Of a stretch of 25,516 nucleotides of DNA, positions 1-7,427 are shown one piece after another. The stretch comes from a virus. Taxonomy: Duplodnaviria > Heunggongvirae > Uroviricota > Caudoviricetes. Made by a program: the position numbers and the translations under genes. The DNA lies in IMG/VR virus record IMGVR_UViG_2695420503_000007, positions 1 through 25,516 of that record, one strand, 5' to 3'. Within the stretch, counting starts at the first letter, position 1; each line of letters begins with the position of its first letter. The notes beneath the pieces were generated by a model, which was given only the letters and a program-made list of their open reading frames with translations, made no database searches and had not been told where the DNA came from.

Positions 1-1
1 T

Positions 2-115
2 GTATCTTCTAATCCAAATGGATATTTTGTCGGGAATCAGAGAACAACAGCATATGGGATAAATGAAACCCGTCCACGGAATATTGCATTTAACTATATC
101 GTGAGGGCTGCATAA
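2..115 (+). CDS. tail-fibre C-terminal variable cassette, 3' end only (gene continues left of the window)
   Basis: Open frame enters from the left edge and stops at TAA 113-115, overlapping the ATG of the next gene. Translation ...GYFVGNQRTTAYGINETRPRNIAFNYIVRAA resembles C-termini of Mu S / P1 S / e14 Stf-type fibres. It is followed by a Tfa gene on the same strand. Confidence 0.55.
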   Translation, partial: VSSNPNGYFVGNQRTTAYGINETRPRNIAFNYIVRAA

Positions 116-717
116 TGGATAACGCTGTATTAAATAGCGAGTTTATTGCTACAAAGGCGGGGAATATTACCGTCTATAACTATGATGGCGAAACACGGGA
201 ATATATTTCCACATCAACTGAATATCTTGCTGTGGGTGTCGGTATCCCTGCATATTCCTGTTTAGATGCCCCTGGCACATACAAAGCTGGTTATGCAATC
301 TGCCGATCTGTAGATTTTAACTCATGGGAATATGTGCCAGACCATCGCGGTGAAATCGTCTTTAGCACCGAAACAGGAGAATCAAAAGAAATCACAGCTC
401 CGGGTGATTACCCTGATAATACAACCACTATCGCCCCGTTAACGCCATACGATAAATGGGATGGTGAGAAATGGGTGACGGATACCGAAGCACAGCATAG
501 CGCCGCAGTAGATGCAGCAGAAGCACAGCGCCAGTCACTGATTGATACTGCAATGGCTTCAATCAGTCTGATTCAGCTGAAATTGCAGGCCGGACGTAAA
601 CTGACGCAGGCAGAAACAACCAGCCTTAACACTGTGCTGGATTACATTGACGCGGTGACGGCAACAGATACCAGCACCGCGCCGGATGTCATCTTGCCTG
701 AACTGCCGGAGGCGTAG
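115..717 (+). CDS. tail fibre assembly chaperone (Tfa, Mu U'-like)
   Basis: 200-aa ORF directly downstream of the fibre cassette and translationally coupled to it (TAATG). Size and position are typical of Tfa. It converges on a second Tfa gene on the other strand. Confidence 0.65.
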   Translation: MDNAVLNSEFIATKAGNITVYNYDGETREYISTSTEYLAVGVGIPAYSCLDAPGTYKAGYAICRSVDFNSWEYVPDHRGEIVFSTETGESKEITAPGDYPDNTTTIAPLTPYDKWDGEKWVTDTEAQHSAAVDAAEAQRQSLIDTAMASISLIQLKLQAGRKLTQAETTSLNTVLDYIDAVTATDTSTAPDVILPELPEA

Positions 718-1129
718 GCCATTCAATATCTGGCGCACTGGCGGTATCGACCAGCTCCAGTGCGTCCAGATAATCCAGCCACAAATTATATTGTGCCAGT
801 TCCCCACCTTTCAGACGACCAATAGCTGCTTTACCAGGCCATTGCTTACCGTTCATGTAATCATTGGCTAAATCTATTCTTTTTTGCTTCTCCACATCAG
901 CAGCGACAATTAATTCTTCTCGTGTAGGTGGAGGAATATCACCCCATGCTGGCATGTTATTTAAAGTTATAAGTTGCTTACCTGTAGGGGGAGTGCCGGA
1001 AAACTCATAATAAATACTGTCACTAACGTTAATGGCATCATGTGGCCAACAATTATTATCAACATAATCAGCCTGCCACTCGATGGCATAAAAACGGGAC
1101 TCAGATGGACTGAACACAAAACGATTCAT
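689..1129 (-). CDS. tail fibre assembly chaperone (Tfa, Mu U-like)
   Basis: 146-aa ORF immediately downstream of the left tail-fibre gene on the - strand, 1 bp apart. Its 3' end overlaps the opposing Tfa gene (689..717), as in invertible fibre segments. Confidence 0.65.
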   Translation of the reverse strand: MNRFVFSPSESRFYAIEWQADYVDNNCWPHDAINVSDSIYYEFSGTPPTGKQLITLNNMPAWGDIPPPTREELIVAADVEKQKRIDLANDYMNGKQWPGKAAIGRLKGGELAQYNLWLDYLDALELVDTASAPDIEWPTPPAVQAR

Positions 1130-1130
1130 A

Positions 1131-1730
1131 TTAATATCCTATAGCTAAAAACATAGCGTCTGAGGTGTTTGTATTTACAGCAATATTCATCATGACCTGA
1201 GCGGTAAATCCTGTATTGCTTACCCACTCGCATGAGTTAGTTATCTGAACCCATGTTAATTTGGTAGAAAAAACGCCCCAGCAATTAACAGGGAACGGGA
1301 CAGGGAAAGTCACTGGCACAGAATTTACTACACCGACAGTAGTCAAATTTGCGAGCGTCCGGCGAAACACCTGAATCTTAAGACCATCAGGACCTGTAAA
1401 TAACAAATTATCGGTGTACTGCCCGCTTGCTCTTAAACCAAGGTTTTCGAGAGCCGTTTTCACCGTGCCGTCCGATTTGATATCGCCAAACGGATTTTTG
1501 CGGCTTAACAGCAGCGCACGAAGCGCGGTAAGCAACTGGTCGTGCCGCCCTTTCTCCAGGCTGGCACCGGAGGCCTCCACAACGCTGCAAAGCTCCTCCT
1601 GCAACATGTCAAAGTAGTCATCATCCAGATCGGTGGCAGGTGTGCCGGTCTGGGGGTTACCACGGGTAAAACCGTTCTTACCCGCGCCGAACTTATCCTT
1701 CTGCGCGGTTTTCGTGTCTATACGATGCAT
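1131..1730 (-). CDS. tail fibre protein, left copy (constant N-terminal 99 aa fused to a variable C-terminal ~100 aa)
   Basis: 199-aa ORF. The first 99 aa ([21 protein letters not shown]...TALENLGL) are identical to the start of the right-hand fibre gene at 25065; the sequence then diverges ([14 protein letters not shown]...). It follows the gp48-like gene, the position the fibre gene occupies in Mu/e14-type modules. Confidence 0.75.
   Translation of the reverse strand: MHRIDTKTAQKDKFGAGKNGFTRGNPQTGTPATDLDDDYFDMLQEELCSVVEASGASLEKGRHDQLLTALRALLLSRKNPFGDIKSDGTVKTALENLGLRASGQYTDNLLFTGPDGLKIQVFRRTLANLTTVGVVNSVPVTFPVPFPVNCWGVFSTKLTWVQITNSCEWVSNTGFTAQVMMNIAVNTNTSDAMFLAIGY
1428..1453. other. hix/gix/pix-like 26-bp site-specific inversion site (left copy)
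   Basis: Plus-strand TGCTCTTAAACCAAGGTTTTCGAGAG, a 12-2-12 imperfect dyad around AAACC-AA-GGTTT. By recall it matches Salmonella hixL (TTCTTGAAAACCAAGGTTTTTGATAA) at 18 of 26 positions. It sits at the constant/variable junction of the fibre gene, where the inverted-repeat homology ends. Confidence 0.6.
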
Positions 1731-1733
1731 GAA

Positions 1734-2318
1734 TTACTCCGGATATTTAAAAATTACGTAGGTATGCGACGGGCAGAGTTTGTTAAGCACACACTCGACA
1801 ACGGTGTCGCCCCAGATACGCAGTGCGGAATCACAGGGATCGCCACATGTCATCCAGGTGGTGTTGGTGGCGGCTGGCATGTTGACCTGCCAGTAATACC
1901 GCCATTCCGGCGCATTCACAGCGTCAGTGCAGGCTGATGAGCAGGTGAACGTGCTTTTGTCGTATCGCGTGATGGTAGCGTCTGGTCTGCCCAGGGCAGC
2001 AAGCTGTGCAAGGTAAAAATCCTCATTGATGCCGCCCGCCAGGTTAACCTTCGCATCCAGTCGTTGCTGACGCTGGCGAAGGGTCTGTGTCCCTGCGGGA
2101 ATACATTCATCCGGCAGGCCGCACAGACGCTCCCAGCGGTTTATCAGTTCGGTGGTGGTGCGCGGATCCAGCTCCCGCATCAGGGCATCCGCACGCTGAT
2201 GAACGCGGGTTAATGACGGTGCCGAACCGGCAATCGCCGGATCGCTGGCTGACCACGCCGGACCGGGGGGCAACAGTGCAGACAACAGACGGATGTAATC
2301 ATCGTTTGTCACGTCCAT
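1734..2318 (-). CDS. Mu gp48-like baseplate/tail protein (DUF2313, e14 YmfQ-like), left copy
   Basis: 194-aa ORF between the baseplate J-like gene and the fibre gene, overlapping the J-like gene by 10 bp. Identical to 24477..25061. Confidence 0.7.
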   Translation of the reverse strand: MDVTNDDYIRLLSALLPPGPAWSASDPAIAGSAPSLTRVHQRADALMRELDPRTTTELINRWERLCGLPDECIPAGTQTLRQRQQRLDAKVNLAGGINEDFYLAQLAALGRPDATITRYDKSTFTCSSACTDAVNAPEWRYYWQVNMPAATNTTWMTCGDPCDSALRIWGDTVVECVLNKLCPSHTYVIFKYPE

Positions 2319-3367
2319 GAAATCGTCCCCAGAACCGCCAGTTCATTTTTTGCAATGGAGATATTGTCTGCCGGTGCAAGCAACTGATGGCTGTATTCCC
2401 CGTTCGCACCGGAAATCGCCTCACTGATACGCGACACCTTCAGTTCTCCCTGCGGATAACCATCACGCAGCAGGAACGAACGCAACTCCGCGGTGATGGC
2501 AGCCCGTATTTCCGGTGTATCCGGCGTCACGCGGATATGAAAATCCACTTTATGTGCCACCGGCCTGAATACATACAAATCAGAGCCTGCCACCGGGGCC
2601 AGTGGCCCGATATGTTGTCTTGCCGCCGTTTCCGTTGATTCTTCCGGAATGGGATTAATCAGGTCACTGCTGGCAATCATCACACCGACAGTTCCCGTTC
2701 CCATCCAGTGACGGTATGTCCATGCGCGGGTAATGCCGGGCACTTCTTTAGCCCAGACGACATAGTCCCCGTCAGCCCCGCCCTGCGGCGTCCAGTAATA
2801 CCGCTCAATGACGCGGGCGCGCCACGTTTCCAGATCTTCAGTATCGAATCCGCCAGTCAGGGTATCTGCAACACCGGAAGACGGCAGACCATTCACCGGC
2901 GTGACCAGGATTAATGCCGTACCGTCGTCAGCGTTACCGACCGCGCCTGTAGTTGAGCAAGTGATCGGCACACGCAGGACACCACCGGAGCTGGTTGCAT
3001 CGGCAGTTGCCGTGTACTGAACCAGGTCATCGCGCTGAATCACGCTCCCGGCAGTCACCTTCAGGCCATCGCTGACACCTTCCCAGCGCATATACCCGCT
3101 GGCAGCCGTGGCCCCCTTGCGCGGACACCGTTTCATCGCAGCATGTCGCGCCAGCCAGGACTCATCGCACAGGTCAGGCAGCATATTCATTGCCAGATAA
3201 TCGATGTACCCGTAGACCGTATGCAGCGCCGCCGCATACACCTTTGCCCGCACGTCTTCATCCATGCGCCGGAGCGTGTTGCTGACGTCCAGCCTGGCGA
3301 ATAAATCGTTACGGAGCATACTGATATTTTCTGCCAGCGTCGGGCGCTGAAATTCACTGTCCGCCAT
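2309..3367 (-). CDS. baseplate J-like protein (Mu gp47 / e14 JayE-like), left copy
   Basis: 352-aa ORF with the size and position of the baseplate J family. Identical to 23428..24486. Confidence 0.8.
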   Translation of the reverse strand: MADSEFQRPTLAENISMLRNDLFARLDVSNTLRRMDEDVRAKVYAAALHTVYGYIDYLAMNMLPDLCDESWLARHAAMKRCPRKGATAASGYMRWEGVSDGLKVTAGSVIQRDDLVQYTATADATSSGGVLRVPITCSTTGAVGNADDGTALILVTPVNGLPSSGVADTLTGGFDTEDLETWRARVIERYYWTPQGGADGDYVVWAKEVPGITRAWTYRHWMGTGTVGVMIASSDLINPIPEESTETAARQHIGPLAPVAGSDLYVFRPVAHKVDFHIRVTPDTPEIRAAITAELRSFLLRDGYPQGELKVSRISEAISGANGEYSHQLLAPADNISIAKNELAVLGTISWT

Positions 3368-3782
3368 GCGTTATCGCACTCCACAGATCATCAAAAGAAA
3401 TCATTACCGGTCCGTCACGACGCCAGAGAGTGATACTGTTACCCAGTTCATTAATCCCGGTACGGCGGATATCCAGATCAATACGGGACACCACGCCGTC
3501 ATCAATCATCCATTGCAGGCATTCGCGGATATACCCCCTTACCGTCTGCACCAGCTGATTGGTCAGTTTGCTGCGCTGAAGCAGCCACAGTCGGGAGCCG
3601 TAACGGTCATTCTGTACCGCAGGCCAGGTATCCCCCCACCATCCCATCGGGACGTCGGCGTTGTCATCAGGCTCCGCCCGCCGCCAGGTAAACAGGGAAA
3701 TCACCACGGCGCGGGTCAGCGGATCCAGCGGTGCGCTGGCGCAGGTGCGTTTACCGCTCACCGTCAGCCACAGTTCCATCAT
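3354..3782 (-). CDS. baseplate protein, Mu gp46-like (GPW/gp25-like), left copy
   Basis: 142-aa ORF, translationally coupled between the gp45-like and J-like genes. Identical to 23013..23441. Confidence 0.7.
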   Translation of the reverse strand: MMELWLTVSGKRTCASAPLDPLTRAVVISLFTWRRAEPDDNADVPMGWWGDTWPAVQNDRYGSRLWLLQRSKLTNQLVQTVRGYIRECLQWMIDDGVVSRIDLDIRRTGINELGNSITLWRRDGPVMISFDDLWSAITHGGQ

Positions 3783-4327
3783 GCCTCCATCGCTTTATCA
3801 GGTTTGTCGGTGTTACTGCCCTGACCGTTCTCTCTGTGACGATGCCCGTTATAGGCAAGCCGCATCGCTGACATGGTGGTGCCGCCGGAGTCGCACAGGT
3901 CTTTCACCTGTCCGGTCACTTCCAGGTCCATTTCAAAACGTGCTTTAGGTGAATTGCGAAACGTGATCGTTTTACCTGCACCGTCCACCACGATCCCCTC
4001 CCGGGTCAGCGTCACGGACTGCCCCTGATCGTCATAGACAGCCACCTCACCCGTCTGCAGCCCTTTCAGGCGGTAGCGCCGGTCCGACACCGTAACAACC
4101 ACCGCATGAGAACGGTCGCCATCCGGAAACAACACCACCGCTTCCGCACCGCTGTTTGCCCTTGCGGTAAAACCGTAGGGTTCAAGATGTTCAACCCCGG
4201 CTTTGGGTTCACCGGCAATCAGGGACACATCCACGGTCTGGCATTTCGTGGCGGCACTGATGCTTTTCACCACTGCCCGCCCAATCAGGCCGAGAAGTTG
4301 TCGCTGCATGGCTTCAATCGTCCTCAT
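3779..4327 (-). CDS. baseplate spike/assembly protein V-like (Mu gp45-like), left copy
   Basis: 182-aa ORF identical to 22468..23016; stop/start overlap with neighbours. Confidence 0.75.
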   Translation of the reverse strand: MRTIEAMQRQLLGLIGRAVVKSISAATKCQTVDVSLIAGEPKAGVEHLEPYGFTARANSGAEAVVLFPDGDRSHAVVVTVSDRRYRLKGLQTGEVAVYDDQGQSVTLTREGIVVDGAGKTITFRNSPKARFEMDLEVTGQVKDLCDSGGTTMSAMRLAYNGHRHRENGQGSNTDKPDKAMEA

Positions 4328-4694
4328 CAGAACGGGTCCTCCTGTACTCTGGCTTTTTTCTTTTTCCGCGCGCCGGGAGCTTCGGGTTCAGGCAGATAAG
4401 CATCAGGCGGGCCGACACGGATTTCCGTCAGGGTGCCGTTCTGGTCCTGAGTAAACGTGACTTCCGAGACAAGCAGTTCGGTATTGTCGAAACCACAGAC
4501 CGGATCGAAGACAATCACCCGCTGGTTGGGCTGCCACAGCGTACCGTTACCCTGTCGCCAGCCCTGCACCACATAGGTGGTTTCATCCGTCCGCGCCGCC
4601 CGTTGTCGGGCTTCAAAGTCCGCACGGGCAATACAGCCTGCCCCCGTAGCCTGCCCTGTCTGCCTGATATACATCGGACGGTAACGGGCAATAA
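4327..4694 (-). pseudogene. 5'-truncated copy of the baseplate hub gene (Mu gp44/P-like); only the C-terminal ~122 codons are present
   Basis: Reverse complement is identical to 22101..22468, the 3' third of the intact 359-aa gene at 21389..22468. Homology stops abruptly at 4694 with no start codon or RBS for the fragment. Confidence 0.75.
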
Positions 4695-4940
4695 CGCTGG
4701 GTTAAGACACAGCCGTGTGCATGTTGTGGAAAGCCCGCTGATGATCCTCACCACCTGATAGGTCACGGTCAGGGGGGAATGGGTACAAAAGCGCATGACC
4801 TCTTTGTGTTGCCTTTGTGCAGAAAGCATCACGACGAACTGCATGCGGATACCGTGGCATTTGAAGAGAAGTATGGCTCTCAGTTGGAGCTGATATTTCG
4901 TTTTATCGATCGTGCGCTGGCAACTGGCGTACTGGGCTGA
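4695..4940 (+). pseudogene. 5'-truncated gene remnant (Cys/His-rich C-terminal 81 codons; resembles the DUF968/NinG-region proteins found upstream of Q in lambdoid prophages)
   Basis: Open frame begins exactly at the repeat junction (the in-frame TAA 4692-4694 lies in the repeat) and ends at TGA overlapping the Q-frame ATG. Translation RWVKTQPCACCGKPADDPHHLIGHGQGGMGTKAHDLFVLPLCRKHHDELHADTVAFEEKYGSQLELIFRFIDRALATGVLG has no plausible start. Family assignment is from memory only. Confidence 0.4.
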
Positions 4941-4957
4941 TGTTGTGGAGAAAGTTG

Positions 4958-5299
4958 ATGCGTGACATGTATGAAGTTTTGGACCGCTGGGGAGCATGGG
5001 CTGCAGCAGATAACAGTAGTGTGGACTGGCAGCCGATAGCAGCAGGCTTCAAGGGGCTTTTACCTCATGGTAAAAAAACACGTCTCCAGTGTGATGATGA
5101 TGAAGGGATCATGATAGACGGTTGTGTCGCACGGTTACGTAAATATAAACAAGAAGAATATGAGCTAATAATTGCCCACTTTGTTATTGGTATTTCATTA
5201 CGCGCCATTGCGAAGAAGCGTAAGTGTTCTGATGGGACAATTAGAAAAGATATGCAAACAGCATTAGGTTTTGTTAGTGGTGTGCTATCAATGCTATGA
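4958..5299 (+). CDS. Q: late antiterminator Q (Q21/QuuD-type)
   Basis: Translation MRDMYEVLDRWGAWAA...AAGFKGLL...CDDD...CSDG matches the N-terminal hallmark I recall for DLP12 QuuD-type Q proteins. GGAG sits 7 nt upstream of the ATG at 4958; the track ORF starts at an upstream in-frame ATG (4940) that lacks an RBS. It lies upstream of the lysis cassette. Confidence 0.7.
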   Translation: MRDMYEVLDRWGAWAAADNSSVDWQPIAAGFKGLLPHGKKTRLQCDDDEGIMIDGCVARLRKYKQEEYELIIAHFVIGISLRAIAKKRKCSDGTIRKDMQTALGFVSGVLSML

Positions 5300-5302
5300 T
5301 TA

Positions 5303-5325
5303 TAAGAGGCCTTAGGGCCTCTTTA
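5303..5325. terminator. hairpin between the convergent Q and cassette genes (candidate bidirectional intrinsic terminator)
   Basis: AGAGGCC-TTAG-GGCCTCT perfect 7-bp stem, flanked by T-rich sequence on the + strand and A/T-rich sequence on the - strand, in the 27-bp gap between the two stop codons. Confidence 0.5.
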
Positions 5326-6069
5326 CTAAATTACTTGGATGATGAAAGAAACAATCAATGTTGCTAAACCACCAATAGCAGATACTTTAAATTCCGAACC
5401 ACGAAATACCATCTTCCCATTGACCTTTATATTATTTGCAATGAATGGTGATATTCCAACGGCCGCACTCATGAAATATAAAGAAGAAATCATTTTCTTT
5501 TGAAACTCATTCAAGTCTGGCATTAACAGTGTAATTGATAAAAAAATACAAAAACTTAAAAATCCAATAATAGCAGTGACAATTAATTTCCAATTCATTG
5601 GGGTACCTATAGTAAATCCATCGATTGGCAATTTTCGAGACTCAAATTCCGCAATAATAGCGGTGTAAATATCTTTTGATGAGTACTTTTTAATGATTCT
5701 TTGGATGTTTGATAGACCATCTTTGCTATACAATACAATATTGTCTGGATCAATTTTTAGGTGTTTAATGTTTGCCACCATCATGTCGTAGTATTCTAAA
5801 TAAGTTTCCAGAACTGCTCGACAGTCTCCAGCTAACGAAATGGCGAATGTCTTATTGTCATCCAGTTTACATAAATCTACTTTTTGAACTAACTTAACAG
5901 CGGTATTAAAATATTTTGAAGCATGCTGCTGAACTTCATGTAGGTCAGCAAGGTTTGATATACCGCCATTACGCACGTATGGCTGAATACCACGTAAAAA
6001 TCTTTCCTTTGCAGAAGTCAGCTCCGACGTTACTTCGTCGGGGCTGATCTGAAACACATCATTATTCAT
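5326..6069 (-). CDS. hypothetical membrane-anchored protein (about 160-aa soluble N-terminal domain plus 2-3 C-terminal hydrophobic helices); cassette gene B
   Basis: 247-aa ORF, AT-rich, on the strand opposite all flanking phage genes. Hydrophobic segments WKLIVTAIIGFLSFCIFLSITLLM, ISSLYFMSAAVGISPFIA and VSAIGGLATLIVSFIIQVI. Start overlaps the stop of the upstream small gene (ATGA). I do not recognise the family. Confidence 0.75.
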   Translation of the reverse strand: MNNDVFQISPDEVTSELTSAKERFLRGIQPYVRNGGISNLADLHEVQQHASKYFNTAVKLVQKVDLCKLDDNKTFAISLAGDCRAVLETYLEYYDMMVANIKHLKIDPDNIVLYSKDGLSNIQRIIKKYSSKDIYTAIIAEFESRKLPIDGFTIGTPMNWKLIVTAIIGFLSFCIFLSITLLMPDLNEFQKKMISSLYFMSAAVGISPFIANNIKVNGKMVFRGSEFKVSAIGGLATLIVSFIIQVI

Positions 6070-6329
6070 TTTTGTTTTGGTGCCAGCATTCTTAATGCAG
6101 TGTTAAGATCAGAGTTGTCCACACTTTCAGTGATTAAGAATTGGGTATTGGGAACATGACGGCTGATAATGCCTTGGAGCATGCTACGACTTATAACTTT
6201 ACCACTTTGAAGCGCGGAGTTAATGTCATTTTGTATCAAAGTGATTTCACGCTCGGTACAGGGGAAACCCCACCGAGTAACATTTGCATATTCACCAATT
6301 TTTTTCTTAAATTCTAGGTAGTTACTCAT
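6066..6329 (-). CDS. hypothetical small soluble protein (87 aa); cassette gene A, first gene of a two-gene operon
   Basis: AT-rich ORF with a strong SD (AAGGAG) 8 nt upstream of the ATG, translationally coupled to gene B. No recognisable motif. Confidence 0.7.
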   Translation of the reverse strand: MSNYLEFKKKIGEYANVTRWGFPCTEREITLIQNDINSALQSGKVISRSMLQGIISRHVPNTQFLITESVDNSDLNTALRMLAPKQK

Positions 6330-6355
6330 TGCAGTTCTCCTTGTTTGTAACCACG

Positions 6356-6368
6356 TTAATCATATCAA
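6356..6368 (-). promoter_or_regulatory. candidate extended -10 promoter (TGaTATGAT) for the two-gene cassette
   Basis: On the - strand, TGATATGAT lies about 30 nt upstream of the gene A ATG, preceded by an A/T-rich tract with no good -35. Pattern match only. Confidence 0.3.
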
Positions 6369-6447
6369 AAAGCAAAATAATAAAAAACTAACGCGTACGC
6401 AAAAAGTATTGTATCGTGTTAAGAGTGGTTACTTCGCCACGCAGCTT

Positions 6448-6472
6448 AAACCCGCCGATGAGCGGGTTTTGT
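6448..6472 (+). terminator. tR'-like intrinsic terminator hairpin upstream of the lysis genes
   Basis: AAA-CCCGC-cgatga-GCGGG-TTTT, a GC stem followed by a T-run, about 150 bp upstream of the holin start. This is the position of tR' (6S RNA terminator) in lambdoid late regions, where Q-modified polymerase reads through. Confidence 0.5.
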
Positions 6473-6620
6473 CGTCTCTGGCCCGGCTGTTAGTTGGGCT
6501 TGGCCTATCCCGCAGTTATCCATTTGCTCGGCTTCTTTGACGTTTCCGCTTCTGATTTGCGGTTCCTGATATTCCCTCAATTTGCACCTGCTGTATCAGC
6601 AAGGTGAGAGATAACTATAA

Positions 6621-6947
6621 ATGCCTCATAACCCAAATACCTGGCTGGAGTTGCTCCAGAGCTGGTGGCGTGGAGACACCCCGCTGGGCGCAGTGATTAT
6701 GTCGATCGTTATGGCTGGTTTGCGCATCGCCTATTTTGGCGGTGGTGGTGGCTGGAAGCGAAAAACGCTCGAGATTTTGCTATGTGGCGCTCTGACGCTG
6801 ACCTTTGCATCCGCTCTTGAGTATGTCGGATGGCCTAAATCGCTTTCTGTTGCCATTGGTGGTGGCGTGGGGCTGATCGGTGTCGATGCTATTCGTGGGG
6901 CTGCAATGCGAGTAATCGGTAACAAATTTGGTAGCTCGAAGGAGTAA
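6621..6947 (+). CDS. holin
   Basis: 108-aa ORF directly upstream of the endolysin, with hydrophobic helices, a Gly-rich loop and a charged C-terminus (KFGSSKE). RBS AAGGTGAGAG precedes it. Confidence 0.75.
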   Translation: MPHNPNTWLELLQSWWRGDTPLGAVIMSIVMAGLRIAYFGGGGGWKRKTLEILLCGALTLTFASALEYVGWPKSLSVAIGGGVGLIGVDAIRGAAMRVIGNKFGSSKE

Positions 6948-6950
6948 TTT

Positions 6951-7427
6951 ATGCAGGCACTAAATTCCCAGCGTAAAGCTTTCCTGGATATGGTGGCATG
7001 GTCAGAAGGAACGGATAACGGGCGACAGCCGACACGTAACCACGGTTATGATGTTATTGTTGGTGGCGAACTGTTCACTGATTACTCCGATCACCCTCGC
7101 AAACTTGTCACGCTAAACCCCAAACTCAAATCAACAGCTGCCGGACGTTACCAGCTTCTTTCACGCTGGTGGGATGCTTACCGTAAACAGCTTGGCCTGA
7201 AAGATTTTTCTCCAGAAAGCCAGGACGCTGTAGCTCTGCAGCAGATTAAAGAGCGTGGTGCTTTACCGATGATTGACCGCGGCAGTATTCGTCAGGCAAT
7301 CGACCGTTGCAGCAATATCTGGGCGTCGTTACCTGGTGCAGGTTACGGTCAGTATGAACATAAAATCGGTGACCTGATTGCCCGATTTAAAAAAGCTGGT
7401 GGGGTAGTAAATGAAGCTGAGATATAA
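6951..7427 (+). CDS. R: endolysin, lambda R-type lytic transglycosylase
   Basis: Translation ...NSQRKAFLDMVAWSEGTDNGRQPTRNHGYDVIVGGELFTDYSDHPRKLVTLNPKLKSTAAGRYQLLSRWWDAYRKQLGLKDFSP... is near-identical to lambda R as I recall it. Confidence 0.9.
   Translation: MQALNSQRKAFLDMVAWSEGTDNGRQPTRNHGYDVIVGGELFTDYSDHPRKLVTLNPKLKSTAAGRYQLLSRWWDAYRKQLGLKDFSPESQDAVALQQIKERGALPMIDRGSIRQAIDRCSNIWASLPGAGYGQYEHKIGDLIARFKKAGGVVNEAEI

Larger units (their letters stand above)
1435..4694. repeat. left arm of a 3,260-bp inverted repeat (pairs with 22101..25360)
   Basis: Every track ORF in this interval, in all frames, has an identical translation on the opposite strand in 22101..25360 (for example the 352-aa, 182-aa, 142-aa and 194-aa ORFs). 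Paired coordinates obey left + right = 26795 throughout. Confidence 0.9.

Noticed and set aside
1131-1730. Whether the 199-aa fibre ORF is a truncated pseudogene, because it is short for a tail fibre
   Set aside because: The right-hand copy has the same constant N-terminus followed directly by the conserved post-crossover motif, and the left copy is followed by a Tfa gene in the canonical position, so a short fibre is the simpler reading. Its expression is doubtful because there is no late promoter upstream of the left copy.
4515-4997. 160-aa - strand ORF spanning the repeat junction and the Q start
   Set aside because: It crosses a rearrangement breakpoint, is antisense to the Q start and to the truncated gene remnant, and its sequence is low-complexity and Arg/Cys-rich. 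Most likely spurious.
6360-6620. Possible tRNA or small RNA gene in the non-coding stretch upstream of the holin
   Set aside because: I found no cloverleaf-compatible stems, conserved T-loop (GTTCNANNC) or CCA end; the region is better explained as promoter/terminator leader sequence.
6731-6925. 64-aa - strand ORF inside the holin gene and 104-aa + strand ORF (8126..8440) overlapping the HNH gene
   Set aside because: They sit inside or out of frame with well-supported genes and have low-complexity, Pro/Arg-rich translations; considered non-coding.
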